From NCBI GenBank assembly GCA_051003155.1, contig JBPCLO010000031.1, positions 32,001-96,000 of the forward strand: 64,000 nt of DNA, written 5' to 3'. Position 1 is the first letter of the stretch. Each line of letters opens with the position of its first letter. This document shows, in pieces, positions 49,657 through 59,215 of the stretch. The notes beneath the pieces are model-generated. The model did no database searches, was not told the origin of the DNA, and worked only from the letters and a program-made list of their open reading frames with translations. The DNA comes from Fimbriimonadales bacterium. Lineage in GTDB: Bacteria > Armatimonadota > Fimbriimonadia > Fimbriimonadales > ATM1. The translations under genes and the position numbers were made by a program.

Positions 49657-51291
49657 TTGGCGCACGTAGCCCTCTACCGAAAATATCGCAGCCAAACCTT
49701 CGATGACCTGGTTGGGCAAGACCACATCACGAAGACCATCCAGGCCGCGATCACGAGCGGCCGCATCGCCCACGCGTACCTCTTCGTCGGCCCGCGCTGC
49801 ACTGGCAAAACCATCTCCTCCCGAATCCTCGCAAGCTCTCTCAACTTCGAACATGGCCCGACGCCGACGCCGTGCGGGGTCTGCTCCCTGTGCACCGCGA
49901 TCACCGCCGGCAACGGCGGAGACGTGATCGAACTCGACGCCGCGAGCGAATCCGGCGTGGACGAGGTGCGCGACATCATAGAATCGGCCAAGTACAAGCC
50001 GATGGAGGGGCGATACAAAGTCTTCGTGATCGACGAGGTGCACGACCTCTCTGGCAAGGCGTTCGACGCCCTGCTGAAGACCATCGAGGAGCCGCCAACG
50101 CATGTCGTCTTCATCCTGGCGACGACCGAGCTAAACAAAGTCCCCCTGACGATCCGCAGCCGCTGTCAGCGGTACGAATTTCATCGCGGGTCGATGCGCG
50201 ATTTGGTTTCCCGCCTCGAGTTCGTGTGCCAGAGCGAGGGCATCGAATACGAGCCCGGCGCGCTCACCGCGATCGCTCGGATGGCCGACGGCGGATATCG
50301 CGATTCGCTCACCCTCTTGGAGCAGGCCTATCTCACCGCCGAGGGCAAAATAACCTACGACGGTGTGATGCGGCAACTCGGCCTGATCGACGAGCAGCAG
50401 ACCGACCGCATGCTCGGCGCGGCGCGCGCGGGCGACGTGAAGGACCTTATCCAAGCCGCCGACGAGGCGATCCGGCTGGGCAAGGAGCCCCGCTCGATCT
50501 TGGAGGCGCTGCTGCTGCGGCTGAGCGAACTGACCCACACGCTGATGGGAATGGACGACGGCGGCGACCCGGAGCGGCATGCCGCCGCCCACGCTCTCGC
50601 AAAGAGAATCGGGCAGAGCGACCTCCTTCGTTTTCGCTCTTCCCTCGCCGATGCGCACAGGGAGATCAGGGACGTGTCGCTTCCTCGGCTCTGGCTCGAG
50701 TTGGCTTTGTTGAAGCTGGTGGCAAGTCAACCCGAGGAGATCAACTTCCTCCCAACCTCCCCGAATCTTGCGAGAGGGACTGAACAAACGCCCACAAAAT
50801 CTGCGGACCCGACAGATGCCAACCCTCTCCTAACCCCTCCCAATCTTGCGAGATCGACCGGAGAAACCTCGGCGCTAAAACCTGAACCCGCACCGACGCC
50901 TCAAACTCCGCCCAAGCAGAACGGATCTCCGGCGAAGGGCATGCAAGGCGACGTTGCGACGAAATGGAAAGAGACCGTTGCACATTTTATGTCCACGAAG
51001 CCCGGCACTGGTAAGGCGCTGCAGTCGACATTTGCCAGCAGGGCGGAGGGCAAGACTCTGTACGTGGCATTCGTGCATCGAATGCAGATGGAGCGGGTGG
51101 CTTCGAATGTGAAGGGGCAGCAGGTGATCGTGGAGGGGTTTCGCGAGGTGATCGGCGACCCGGAGTGGCAGGTGCGGTTCGAGCTCGACGCCTCGGCGGC
51201 CGAAGCGGAGAACGTCGCGGTACAATCAGCTGCCGACGGAGAGCAACTCGTGAGCATGGTGGAGCAGGTTTTCGACGTCAAACCGGAGTGA
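49657..51291 (+). CDS. dnaX: DNA polymerase III subunit gamma/tau
   Basis: TTG start; ALYRKYRSQTFDDLVGQ, ELDAAS, KVFVIDEVH, ALLKTIEEPP, FILATTE, TIRSRCQ. Walker A region altered (see findings). Confidence 0.95.
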   Translation: MAHVALYRKYRSQTFDDLVGQDHITKTIQAAITSGRIAHAYLFVGPRCTGKTISSRILASSLNFEHGPTPTPCGVCSLCTAITAGNGGDVIELDAASESGVDEVRDIIESAKYKPMEGRYKVFVIDEVHDLSGKAFDALLKTIEEPPTHVVFILATTELNKVPLTIRSRCQRYEFHRGSMRDLVSRLEFVCQSEGIEYEPGALTAIARMADGGYRDSLTLLEQAYLTAEGKITYDGVMRQLGLIDEQQTDRMLGAARAGDVKDLIQAADEAIRLGKEPRSILEALLLRLSELTHTLMGMDDGGDPERHAAAHALAKRIGQSDLLRFRSSLADAHREIRDVSLPRLWLELALLKLVASQPEEINFLPTSPNLARGTEQTPTKSADPTDANPLLTPPNLARSTGETSALKPEPAPTPQTPPKQNGSPAKGMQGDVATKWKETVAHFMSTKPGTGKALQSTFASRAEGKTLYVAFVHRMQMERVASNVKGQQVIVEGFREVIGDPEWQVRFELDASAAEAENVAVQSAADGEQLVSMVEQVFDVKPE

Positions 51292-51302
51292 ACGACTAAG
51301 TC

Positions 51303-51635
51303 ATGAAATTGCCAAAAGGATTCGGAAATATGGGCGGCATAATGAAGCAGGCCCAGGAGGCCATGGAGCGCGCCAAGAACCTGGAGCAAGAGCTCGCGAT
51401 GATGGAAGTCGAAGTAGATCGAGGTGGCGTCAAGGCCAAGTTCAACGGCGTTGGCGAGATCCTCGGAGTTAAGATCGACCCGTCCTTAGTGGATCCCGCG
51501 GACATCGAAAGCCTCGAAGACTCGGTGCTTCTCGCTCTGCGCGAAGGCCATGCCAAAGCGAACGATCTTAGGCAAAAGAAAGTCACCGAGATCACCGGCG
51601 GGCTGCCGCTTCCCCCGGGCATGAACCCTTTCTAA
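51303..51635 (+). CDS. ybaB: YbaB/EbfC nucleoid-associated protein
   Basis: MKQAQ, GGVKA..NG, IDPSLVDP.D.E.LED, TGGLPLP; lies between dnaX and recR. Confidence 0.93.
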   Translation: MKLPKGFGNMGGIMKQAQEAMERAKNLEQELAMMEVEVDRGGVKAKFNGVGEILGVKIDPSLVDPADIESLEDSVLLALREGHAKANDLRQKKVTEITGGLPLPPGMNPF

Positions 51636-51636
51636 G

Positions 51637-52233
51637 GTGGTCTTCAGCAAACCGCTCGCCAAGCTCATCGGACAGCTCGAAAGGCTCCCCGGCGTTGGGC
51701 CGAAATCCGCGCAGCGCCTGGCATACCATATTCTCAGGCAGAGCGAGGGCGACGTCGAACAACTCGCAAATGCGATCAGGGAGGCGAAGGCAAGGATACG
51801 CTTGTGCTCCGTTTGCCAGGCCTTCACCGAACACGAGATTTGCGAGATCTGCAGCGACTCGCGGCGAACAGGAGATGTGATTTGCGTAGTCGCCGAGCCC
51901 AAAGATACTTCGGCCGTGGAGCGGCTCAACGAGTTCAAGGGGCGCTACCACGTGCTGCATGGCCTGCTCAGCCCTCTCGACGGAATCGGCCCGGATGCGC
52001 TGAAGCTTCGAGAGCTGACGCGCAGGCTAGAGGGCGGCGCGGTCTCGGAAGTAATCGTCGCGACGAACCCGACGGTCGAGGGGGACGCAACGGCCCTCTA
52101 CCTCGCCCAACTATTTAAACCTCTCGGCATCAAGGTCACGCGATTGGCACACGGAATGCCGGTGGGCGGCGACTTGGATTTCGCAGATCAGGCAACCTTG
52201 CTGAGCGCGTTCGAGTATCGCCGGGAGTTGTAA
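51637..52233 (+). CDS. recR: Recombination mediator RecR
   Basis: LPGVGPKSAQRLA, C4 zinc finger, YHVLHG, ATNPTVEGDATA, TRLAHGMPVGGDL. Confidence 0.97.
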   Translation: MVFSKPLAKLIGQLERLPGVGPKSAQRLAYHILRQSEGDVEQLANAIREAKARIRLCSVCQAFTEHEICEICSDSRRTGDVICVVAEPKDTSAVERLNEFKGRYHVLHGLLSPLDGIGPDALKLRELTRRLEGGAVSEVIVATNPTVEGDATALYLAQLFKPLGIKVTRLAHGMPVGGDLDFADQATLLSAFEYRREL

Positions 52234-52248
52234 GTCTATAATAGTGCC

Positions 52249-53277
52249 ATGCGACGATTCACCCTCTGCGCGTTCGCGGGCCTCTTGTGTTTGCCTGCCC
52301 TTCCCATCGTCCTCGGCCAGGTCGACGACTTCGAAGACGGAACTCTCCAGAACTGGGAAGGCGGCTCCGATCCGACGAACATCCCGGACGGAGGGTCGTC
52401 TGGCGCCGGCGACAACTACTTGCAGATAAGCGCAGGGCGGAAGGGGGGCATCCACCTCGGCACTTTCAATTTGGTGCAGTGGAGTGGAAGCTATACCGAC
52501 GCAGGCGTCAAGGTGCTCGAATTCTATCTGCGCAATGAGGGCAAGACGACGCTCTCGATGCGAATCGTCCTATTCAACGGCACGACACGCTTCACATCGA
52601 CGCTCGCGACGATTTTGCCGCCTGACAACCGGTGGCGAAGAGTCGCGTTCCCGCTTCGCGAGAGTGACCTCACGCGCGTTTCGGGTACGGGCACTTATGA
52701 GCAAACGATGGCCTTCGCGTCTCGGCTTCTTATCCGCCACGACGCCGGAGACCCGTCGACCGGCGGGGAGGCGATCATTGGCCAGCTGGGCCTCGACGAT
52801 ATAACGGCATCGGCGTTCGGCACTGTCTTACCTCACGCTCTCACGTACCGCCGAGGATCGAATATCTCGGGTGGATTGCCGTCGTTGTTCTTTAGCGACG
52901 ATCAAAAGCTGGTTTCGAGGCCCGGCCCTGTCTTCTCGACACAGCTGGCGCCTGTCCTCCTCGAATTGGCAGGAACAGCGTCGTATCCAAATCCTGCGAC
53001 GCTGCGATTCACGTTGGAATCCTCAGCGAGCACGACCTCGCTGGTTCAGAAAGTGTTCCTCTTCAACTACGCAACGGCGCTCTTCGTGGAGTTCGACTCA
53101 CGCCCGACTACGACATCGGACTTCGTAATCGATGTCCCGACGAGCGAAATCGGCAAGTACATCGATCCGCTTACGCAGCAAATGAAGGCGCAAATCAGCT
53201 ACAGGCAAACGGGGACTATCTTCTTTTACCCGTGGATGGTCAGGCAGGACTTGGCCGTCTGGAAGCTCGACCCGTAG
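52249..53277 (+). CDS. Secreted protein: N-terminal carbohydrate-binding-like jelly-roll plus a shared C-terminal beta domain
   Basis: Signal peptide; DDFEDGT..NW...W.GSY...LDDI N-domain; C-terminal domain similar to those of 47588..48790 and 56337..58892. Confidence 0.75.
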   Translation: MRRFTLCAFAGLLCLPALPIVLGQVDDFEDGTLQNWEGGSDPTNIPDGGSSGAGDNYLQISAGRKGGIHLGTFNLVQWSGSYTDAGVKVLEFYLRNEGKTTLSMRIVLFNGTTRFTSTLATILPPDNRWRRVAFPLRESDLTRVSGTGTYEQTMAFASRLLIRHDAGDPSTGGEAIIGQLGLDDITASAFGTVLPHALTYRRGSNISGGLPSLFFSDDQKLVSRPGPVFSTQLAPVLLELAGTASYPNPATLRFTLESSASTTSLVQKVFLFNYATALFVEFDSRPTTTSDFVIDVPTSEIGKYIDPLTQQMKAQISYRQTGTIFFYPWMVRQDLAVWKLDP

Positions 53278-54278
53278 ACCTCTCGCTCGAAGGTCAGTAG
53301 CATATCTTGAACTTCGGCGTACGTATTCGCGGCCACTAGCGCATTGCGCAAGGCGGCGGCTCCGGGCTCGCCTTTAATATAGAGAGGGATCTGACCCCTG
53401 AGGGAGCGAACGGCCGCGATCTCGGCGAATGCCACGTCTCTAAACGTTCCGGTTTCGCGCTCGAAGTCGATCGCCAGCCTGAGGTGCTCGAGCGCGACCT
53501 GAATCCTCTCACTCAGGCTCGGTGGCTCGGCTACGGCGCGGCCCCCAACTCCCTGCACAATCGCGCGGAGGGCCCACGGGTTGCTGATGGCGGCTCGGCC
53601 GACCATGACTCCGTCACAGCCGGTCTCGTCGAGCATCTTCTGCGCATCCTCCGCCGTTCGCACGTCGCTATTCCCGACGAGAGGGATAGTGACTGCATTG
53701 CGCAGTGCGGCGATGAGGCCCCAGTTCGCGGAACCCTCGAATCCTTGTTTCGCGAAGCGGGCGTGTAGCGTCAGCATTTGCGCTCCCGCGCCTTCGAATC
53801 GCTTCGCCAGATCGGGCGCAGCAAACAAATCGTACGTCCAACCCGCGCGGACCTTGACGGTGACCGGAATCTTGACCACCTTCACTACGGCGTGCACAAT
53901 CTGTTCCGCGAGGTCCGGGTCTTTGAGGAGGGCCGCGCCGGAGCCGGTTTTGCAGACCTTGGGGACCCAACAACCCATGTTGATGTCGACGACGTCCGCA
54001 CCCATCTCTTCGCACAGGAGCGCGGTCTCGACCATCACATCGGCGTCTCCACCAAAAATCTGGATGCCGAGCGGGCGCTCCGCGTCGGAGATTCTCATTT
54101 TTCTCAGCGTTTTCGCCGCCCCATGATGGATCGCCATGGCGCTGACGAACTCCGTGAACATGAGTCCTGGCCCCGCGATTCGCTTTACGATATGGCGAAA
54201 TGCTTCGTTGGACACATCCTCCATCGGTGCGAGAAGCACCGGCGGATCAACGCATATCGGGCCGACGCAAAAACTCAT
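53226..54278 (-). CDS. dusB: tRNA-dihydrouridine synthase B
   Basis: LAPM, TEFVS, IQIFG, DINMGCWVPKV, GSGAALL, VTVKVRAG, LHAR, GVMVGRA. Confidence 0.92.
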   Translation of the reverse strand: MSFCVGPICVDPPVLLAPMEDVSNEAFRHIVKRIAGPGLMFTEFVSAMAIHHGAAKTLRKMRISDAERPLGIQIFGGDADVMVETALLCEEMGADVVDINMGCWVPKVCKTGSGAALLKDPDLAEQIVHAVVKVVKIPVTVKVRAGWTYDLFAAPDLAKRFEGAGAQMLTLHARFAKQGFEGSANWGLIAALRNAVTIPLVGNSDVRTAEDAQKMLDETGCDGVMVGRAAISNPWALRAIVQGVGGRAVAEPPSLSERIQVALEHLRLAIDFERETGTFRDVAFAEIAAVRSLRGQIPLYIKGEPGAAALRNALVAANTYAEVQDMLLTFEREVYGSSFQTAKSCLTIHG

Positions 54279-54409
54279 GCTCCTTATTAAAGCCGTTTGC
54301 TGAGCGCCGATGTCCGCCAGTACCGATTGTGCTGAGATAGCCCTCCGCGTGGGCAGGGTTACGGCAGCCTTTGAAGTGGCGAATCTCCGTATAATCCGGC
54401 GACCGCAGC

Positions 54410-54832
54410 ATGGCGATTACGTACACAACAGATTTGGATGGAATCGGGCCCGAAGACATGGACGGATTTTATGTCGGCTGGTCTTCACCGCCCGCCACCG
54501 GCGAGCGCGTGGAGATTCTGCGTAGGTCCACCCACGCAGTGATCGCGATGGACAGGACGAAAGTAGTCGGCTTCGTCAACGCGCTTTCCAACGGCCACAT
54601 GGCTTACATCCCGCTCCTCGAAGTCTTGCCTGAGCACCAGGGGTGGGGCATCGGGACGGAGCTGGTGAAACGCGTTATTGCCGAGATCGGCGAGCAGTAC
54701 GGCGTGGATACAGCATGTGACGATGACGTGCTGCCGTTCTACGAACGCCTCGGCTTTAAGCGCGGCAACGCTATGGTTCTTCGCAACTATGGGCCGACGA
54801 CTCGGGCTAACGCTCACCCGCCAAAGGGTTGA
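54410..54832 (+). CDS. GNAT-family N-acetyltransferase
   Basis: VVGFV, LEVLPEHQGWGIGTELV, FYERLGF. Confidence 0.9.
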   Translation: MAITYTTDLDGIGPEDMDGFYVGWSSPPATGERVEILRRSTHAVIAMDRTKVVGFVNALSNGHMAYIPLLEVLPEHQGWGIGTELVKRVIAEIGEQYGVDTACDDDVLPFYERLGFKRGNAMVLRNYGPTTRANAHPPKG

Positions 54833-54857
54833 ACCCTTTGGGCGGGAGAGCGAATAG

Positions 54858-56243
54858 TTACTTCTGGCGAGGAAGCAGCGTGTCGGCGCAGGCTAGGTTG
54901 TATGCGGTTACGGCGGCAACGGTGGAAGATTGCACGAGATACTCTGGAATTGCTTGTTCCAGCTTGTCGTGCTGGGTGTGGTGGACGTAGTTGTAGTCCG
55001 CCCGTCCGTCCTCTGCCCAGAAGAAACCGGGGACGCCGACCGCGTTGAAGGACGAATGGTCGCTTCCCCCGCCTTTCGGCATGGTTTCTCGGACTCTGAG
55101 CGTCACGGGCATGCCAGGGAAGAAGGTGGCAACGGGCTCGATCGCTTGCGCCAGCAACGGCTGCATGGCGGCGATACAAACCAATCCGCCCTCGTAGTTC
55201 GTTCCGCCGTCGTCCACAAACACTGCCGAGATCTTATCGAGCCCGGCCTTGTGCTTCTCGACGTAGGCACGCGAGCCGAGCAGGCCCTGCTCCTCACCGG
55301 TCCAAAGGATAAAACGGATCGTTCGTTTCGGCCTAGCGTCCGAAGCCATCAAGATGCGAGCGGCTTCGAGAGCCACCATGGTGCCGGTTCCGTTGTCGCA
55401 GGTGCCTTGCGAGCCGGGGCCATCCCAGCTATCGAGGTGGCCGCTCACGATGACGACCTCGTCCGGCTTTTCGGTTCCCCTGATCTCGGCGACGACGTTG
55501 TAGAGGGGCACCGGACCAGGCACAAATGTATTCTCGAGGTCGAATTCGAGCTGCACTTCCTTCCCGTTGCCGACCTCAGCCAGGATCGCGTCGTAGTCGC
55601 TCTTGCGCACGGTCACGTTTACGGCTTTCGGGAGGTTATCGAAGGTTAGGTCGCGGAAATTGCCTCCCGTAAGCACGAGGTCGTTTCTCGATGACCTAAC
55701 CCTTCCCGCAATGCCGGCGTCATCGAGCGCCTTGTCCACCTCGGCTTGGGCCGGATTCGGCGCCTCGCCTCGCCGTCTTTGCTTGGCGATAATCCAGGCG
55801 CCTTTCAGCATTCGCTTCTTCAAATTCAGACTAGCCATGTCCGAAGGCTCCATAACTGCCCGCCCGCGGACAAGTCCATTGGTGCCGGCAGTCCACGAGC
55901 TGGTGGTGAATTCGAAATCCCGCTGCATGGGCGAGACCATTCGGCCGATTTGGCGGGCGCCCCTCTGGAATCCGACCGGAACCGATCCCCATTCCTCCAG
56001 GTTACAATTTGTCAAGCCAAAGGATTGGAATTGGTCCCGGGTCCATTCACAGGCTTTCTGCAAGCTTGGAGAACCGGTTAGGCGAGCGCCTATTTTGGTG
56101 GAGAGGTGCTCGAGGTGTTTCATCACCTGATTGCGGCTCTTGCCCTCATCGAGAATCTTGGCGATAACGCCAGGATCTCCTTGAGCAGCGCCGATTGAGA
56201 CAGCAAGAGCGATCCCGCCGATAAAGAGAAGTCGTTGTCGCAT
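54858..56243 (-). CDS. Secreted M28-family metallopeptidase (carboxypeptidase Q-like)
   Basis: Signal peptide; IGARLTGS, SGHLDSWD, DNGTG, GEEQGLLGS, SDH, HHT..D. Confidence 0.92.
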   Translation of the reverse strand: MRQRLLFIGGIALAVSIGAAQGDPGVIAKILDEGKSRNQVMKHLEHLSTKIGARLTGSPSLQKACEWTRDQFQSFGLTNCNLEEWGSVPVGFQRGARQIGRMVSPMQRDFEFTTSSWTAGTNGLVRGRAVMEPSDMASLNLKKRMLKGAWIIAKQRRRGEAPNPAQAEVDKALDDAGIAGRVRSSRNDLVLTGGNFRDLTFDNLPKAVNVTVRKSDYDAILAEVGNGKEVQLEFDLENTFVPGPVPLYNVVAEIRGTEKPDEVVIVSGHLDSWDGPGSQGTCDNGTGTMVALEAARILMASDARPKRTIRFILWTGEEQGLLGSRAYVEKHKAGLDKISAVFVDDGGTNYEGGLVCIAAMQPLLAQAIEPVATFFPGMPVTLRVRETMPKGGGSDHSSFNAVGVPGFFWAEDGRADYNYVHHTQHDKLEQAIPEYLVQSSTVAAVTAYNLACADTLLPRQK

Positions 56244-56287
56244 GTTGGAAAGAATACTTGCAGACTCCTTCTAATTGTTCGCGACCT

Positions 56288-56322
56288 AAAAAAAGGCCGG
56301 GCCGAGAACTCGGCCCGGCCTT
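56288..56322 (-). terminator. Intrinsic terminator after the S8 peptidase gene
   Basis: Perfect stem AAGGCCGGGCCGAG/CTCGGCCCGGCCTT followed by a T7 run on the minus strand. Confidence 0.88.
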
Positions 56323-56336
56323 CTCTAATTCCCCAC

Positions 56337-58892
56337 CTACGGGATCATCGCAAGTTTCAGGTGGTCCATACCAACGGTATACGGGTAAATGAACACCGGG
56401 CCGTTCGGCTTCCAGCTATACCGGACGCGAACAAGGCCCGAGCCATTGACATATGCCGACGGATCGCCTACCACCACCGTGTAGACCTCTTCAGTCGATG
56501 GGGCGACCCGAGAGTCGACTTGTTCCCACAGCCCTGAGGAGGGGTTGAACATTTCGATACGCGCTTGAAGGTTGCTGGCGGAAGCTCCGGCTTCCACGGT
56601 CAGTTGAAGGGCATCAGGAGTTGTCGTCGGGAGGGTCGTCTCAGCGATCAGCCGGATTGGAGCCTCCTGCGTCGTGAAGACAGGTCCGGGTCGAACCACG
56701 TACCGATCGTCGTTGCTGGTGACGGTATCGGACGTTGCTCCGGAGATCACGATGCCACGCTCGAGCGTGAACGATGTATAGGGAATCACGTGCGCGACTC
56801 CCGAGACCACCAACGCGTAGTCGGCGTCGAGTTCGGGAGTGCCCACATGACTATCTTGGAGGATCTCACTACCGAGAATTTCAACGGTCCAAACACCGGC
56901 CGTCGGATTCTGAACGAACACGTTCTCGACCGTATCTTTGACGTTTGCGACGCCGCCGGATGTGGACCAGATGCCCGCCGACAGGCCGTTGTTACCAAAA
57001 TACAACGTCCCACCGCCAGGAGCGGTGACACGCAGCGTGAGATCGTTAACCCTGTGCTGAGACTGATTTGCCGGGTTACCGGCTAGGTCCTTGTAACACA
57101 TGGTTGCTCGAAGAGCAGGCGTTCCCGCATCGACGTAGAGCCTGTATGTGTTCGTACCCAGTGGCGTGACCACGTCGGTCTCGTCGACGACGAACATATC
57201 TACTGCCCGGTCGAAGAGGTCTTTGATCGCGGCAGTGCCCCAGCCTTGCCGAACGCGAGTCAAGCCACCCTGATTCAGCGGATACTGGGTGGCGCTATTG
57301 ATCATGAGGGCCTTTGCCGTCATCGCATGGCAGCGCGCGTCGAATACGGTGTCCTCTTCCACCGTATTGTTGAATACGCCGTCGGCCCACATCTGGAACA
57401 GAAGGCCGAAGTGGCCACACGTTATGGGCGTCGCACTGCTAGTCCCACCGAAGTTGCTCGTATAGGACATGTCGGACACATTGGAAGGACAGAAGATCGA
57501 ATCGTAGAAGTGCGACAGGTCCGGTTTGATTCGGCCATCGCTCGCCGGCCCCGTACTGGCGCCGCTTAAGTTATCATCCGCTCTCGGAGCGGTATTCAAG
57601 TGATCGACACCGCCGACTGCCACGATATTCTTTGCCCACGCTTGCGGCCTAGACTGCGTGTTGCCCAAGTTGCTCTGAGACTGGCAAATAAGAATATCGA
57701 GGTCGAAGATCAGATCGTCCATCTCCGCCGACACAGTCGTATAGGTCGTCGTCTGCGGGCTGCCAGTGCTGTTGGATTCGAACACGATGTGGTTATTGTT
57801 GATTGCATTCTGAGTTTGGTTGTAGCGGGTCGCACCCGTGCTAAGGCCGGCGCGGAATACGCCTTGCCCGAGGGGGAGGACGCCCTTTCCCATGCCGTTC
57901 ACGGCGCCATCTCCAAATATGATGCCGGTAGTGTTCGTGCCATGAGACGTGTCCCCGGAGTTCTGGAGGATGATCAGGGGTCGGGAATCGAAGTCATTGT
58001 GAGTGCCGCGGACGCCGGTATCACGAACGAGCCCGATAACTCCCTGGCCGCCGTAGCCGGCCACGGTTTGCAGGTCATTGGTCCCGCTGAAGATTCGGGC
58101 GATGTTCATGTCGATTTCCTGCTTGCCCCATTTGTCGATCCACATGACCTCGTTCCAGCCTGCGGCTTCCAAGAGTTGCCTCGCGGAGAGGTCCGCTTCG
58201 ACGCTGCGGCCCCCAGGACCGGCATCGACAACGGTGCCGCCGATGCTGCGAATCCTGTTCGCTAGCGGGTCCTTCTGTATGGAACCGCTCTCGAAGACTC
58301 GGATGTTATAACGCTGCGTCGGCAAGGAATCCATCGACGCGATCAGCGAAAGATCGAGTCGGTACGCGGGCTCGTAGGGACCCACCCACCGCACATAGGA
58401 CATGCCCTCCACCTGGCGCTTGGCGAACGCGCTCATGCGAACCACGTACGCGTTGTTCTTGATGTAGCTGTAAACGGTGCCTCCGAGCGCCGCTATCTCC
58501 TTTCTGAATTGCTCGAGGGGCATTGATACGAACTGTACAATGAAGAGTTCGTTCTGCGCGTTTGCGGCGAGGCGGCTGGGCACGGCGGGCACGCCCTTCA
58601 GGGGGTCGAAGCTCGCGTACTGCAGTTCGATAGCCAGCCCGGATTCAGCCACGCGCTGGATTCGGGTGCCGTCGAGGCTTATTCCGTGGTAAGGCGTCCC
58701 GCCTTCGTTCCATAGAGCAACAACCGCCGTACTGCCCGCCAGCCTTATGGACCGTAAGCCCGAAACAGGTTGCGTAGTAGAGTGGAACGGGATCCCGCCA
58801 AGAGACAGCTCGCTCTTGCCTCCCATTCGTTCAATGGATACATCCTGCAGGCTGCCGAACAAAGCGGCGCCTGCGATCACGATCGATAACAT
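56337..58892 (-). CDS. Secreted S8 (subtilisin-like) serine peptidase with prodomain and shared C-terminal beta domain
   Basis: ATG after GGAGG; triad VRDTG / SHGT / GGTSSATP; STGPASDGRIKPD; QGWG; VENVF. Confidence 0.92.
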   Translation of the reverse strand: MLSIVIAGAALFGSLQDVSIERMGGKSELSLGGIPFHSTTQPVSGLRSIRLAGSTAVVALWNEGGTPYHGISLDGTRIQRVAESGLAIELQYASFDPLKGVPAVPSRLAANAQNELFIVQFVSMPLEQFRKEIAALGGTVYSYIKNNAYVVRMSAFAKRQVEGMSYVRWVGPYEPAYRLDLSLIASMDSLPTQRYNIRVFESGSIQKDPLANRIRSIGGTVVDAGPGGRSVEADLSARQLLEAAGWNEVMWIDKWGKQEIDMNIARIFSGTNDLQTVAGYGGQGVIGLVRDTGVRGTHNDFDSRPLIILQNSGDTSHGTNTTGIIFGDGAVNGMGKGVLPLGQGVFRAGLSTGATRYNQTQNAINNNHIVFESNSTGSPQTTTYTTVSAEMDDLIFDLDILICQSQSNLGNTQSRPQAWAKNIVAVGGVDHLNTAPRADDNLSGASTGPASDGRIKPDLSHFYDSIFCPSNVSDMSYTSNFGGTSSATPITCGHFGLLFQMWADGVFNNTVEEDTVFDARCHAMTAKALMINSATQYPLNQGGLTRVRQGWGTAAIKDLFDRAVDMFVVDETDVVTPLGTNTYRLYVDAGTPALRATMCYKDLAGNPANQSQHRVNDLTLRVTAPGGGTLYFGNNGLSAGIWSTSGGVANVKDTVENVFVQNPTAGVWTVEILGSEILQDSHVGTPELDADYALVVSGVAHVIPYTSFTLERGIVISGATSDTVTSNDDRYVVRPGPVFTTQEAPIRLIAETTLPTTTPDALQLTVEAGASASNLQARIEMFNPSSGLWEQVDSRVAPSTEEVYTVVVGDPSAYVNGSGLVRVRYSWKPNGPVFIYPYTVGMDHLKLAMIP

Positions 58893-59032
58893 AGCAAAAC
58901 CTCCGTTAAAGCATAGGCGGACGGCGTCGAGGCCACACGCAGACATGTCAGGCTCTTATGGTAGCCGGATTTCTATTAAACACTAAGTCTCGTGAGTATT
59001 TGGCCCAATGCCAGACAAAAAAGCGTTAATGT

Positions 59033-59041
59033 TGGTATAAT
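59033..59041 (+). promoter_or_regulatory. Extended -10 promoter (TGnTATAAT) upstream of the SLH-porin gene
   Basis: TGGTATAAT in an AT-rich divergent intergenic region, implying a leader of about 165 nt. Confidence 0.55.
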
Positions 59042-59215
59042 CTTCGGGAATGTGGATATTCGGGCCATAGGTCTGCGTATCTAATTACAGTTGCTCGCAA
59101 GGATGCGGAGACTGCGCCGGGAGGCGGAGGATAACAAAGGGTTACTCCCCTCGAAGCCGGCCAGAGTAAGCGGTCCTTGACGATCGACACGCACACTCTC
59201 AAGGAGGAGTAACGT

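Noticed and set aside
50740..50870. Short duplication PNLAR in the DnaX linker and a possible gamma/tau frameshift site
   Set aside because: Low-complexity linker; no A-AAA-AAG or long A-run slippery site seen.
53226..53277. 52-nt convergent overlap of dusB and the secreted-protein gene
   Set aside because: The overlapping DusB tail looks non-conserved, probably stop-codon drift; no sign of function.
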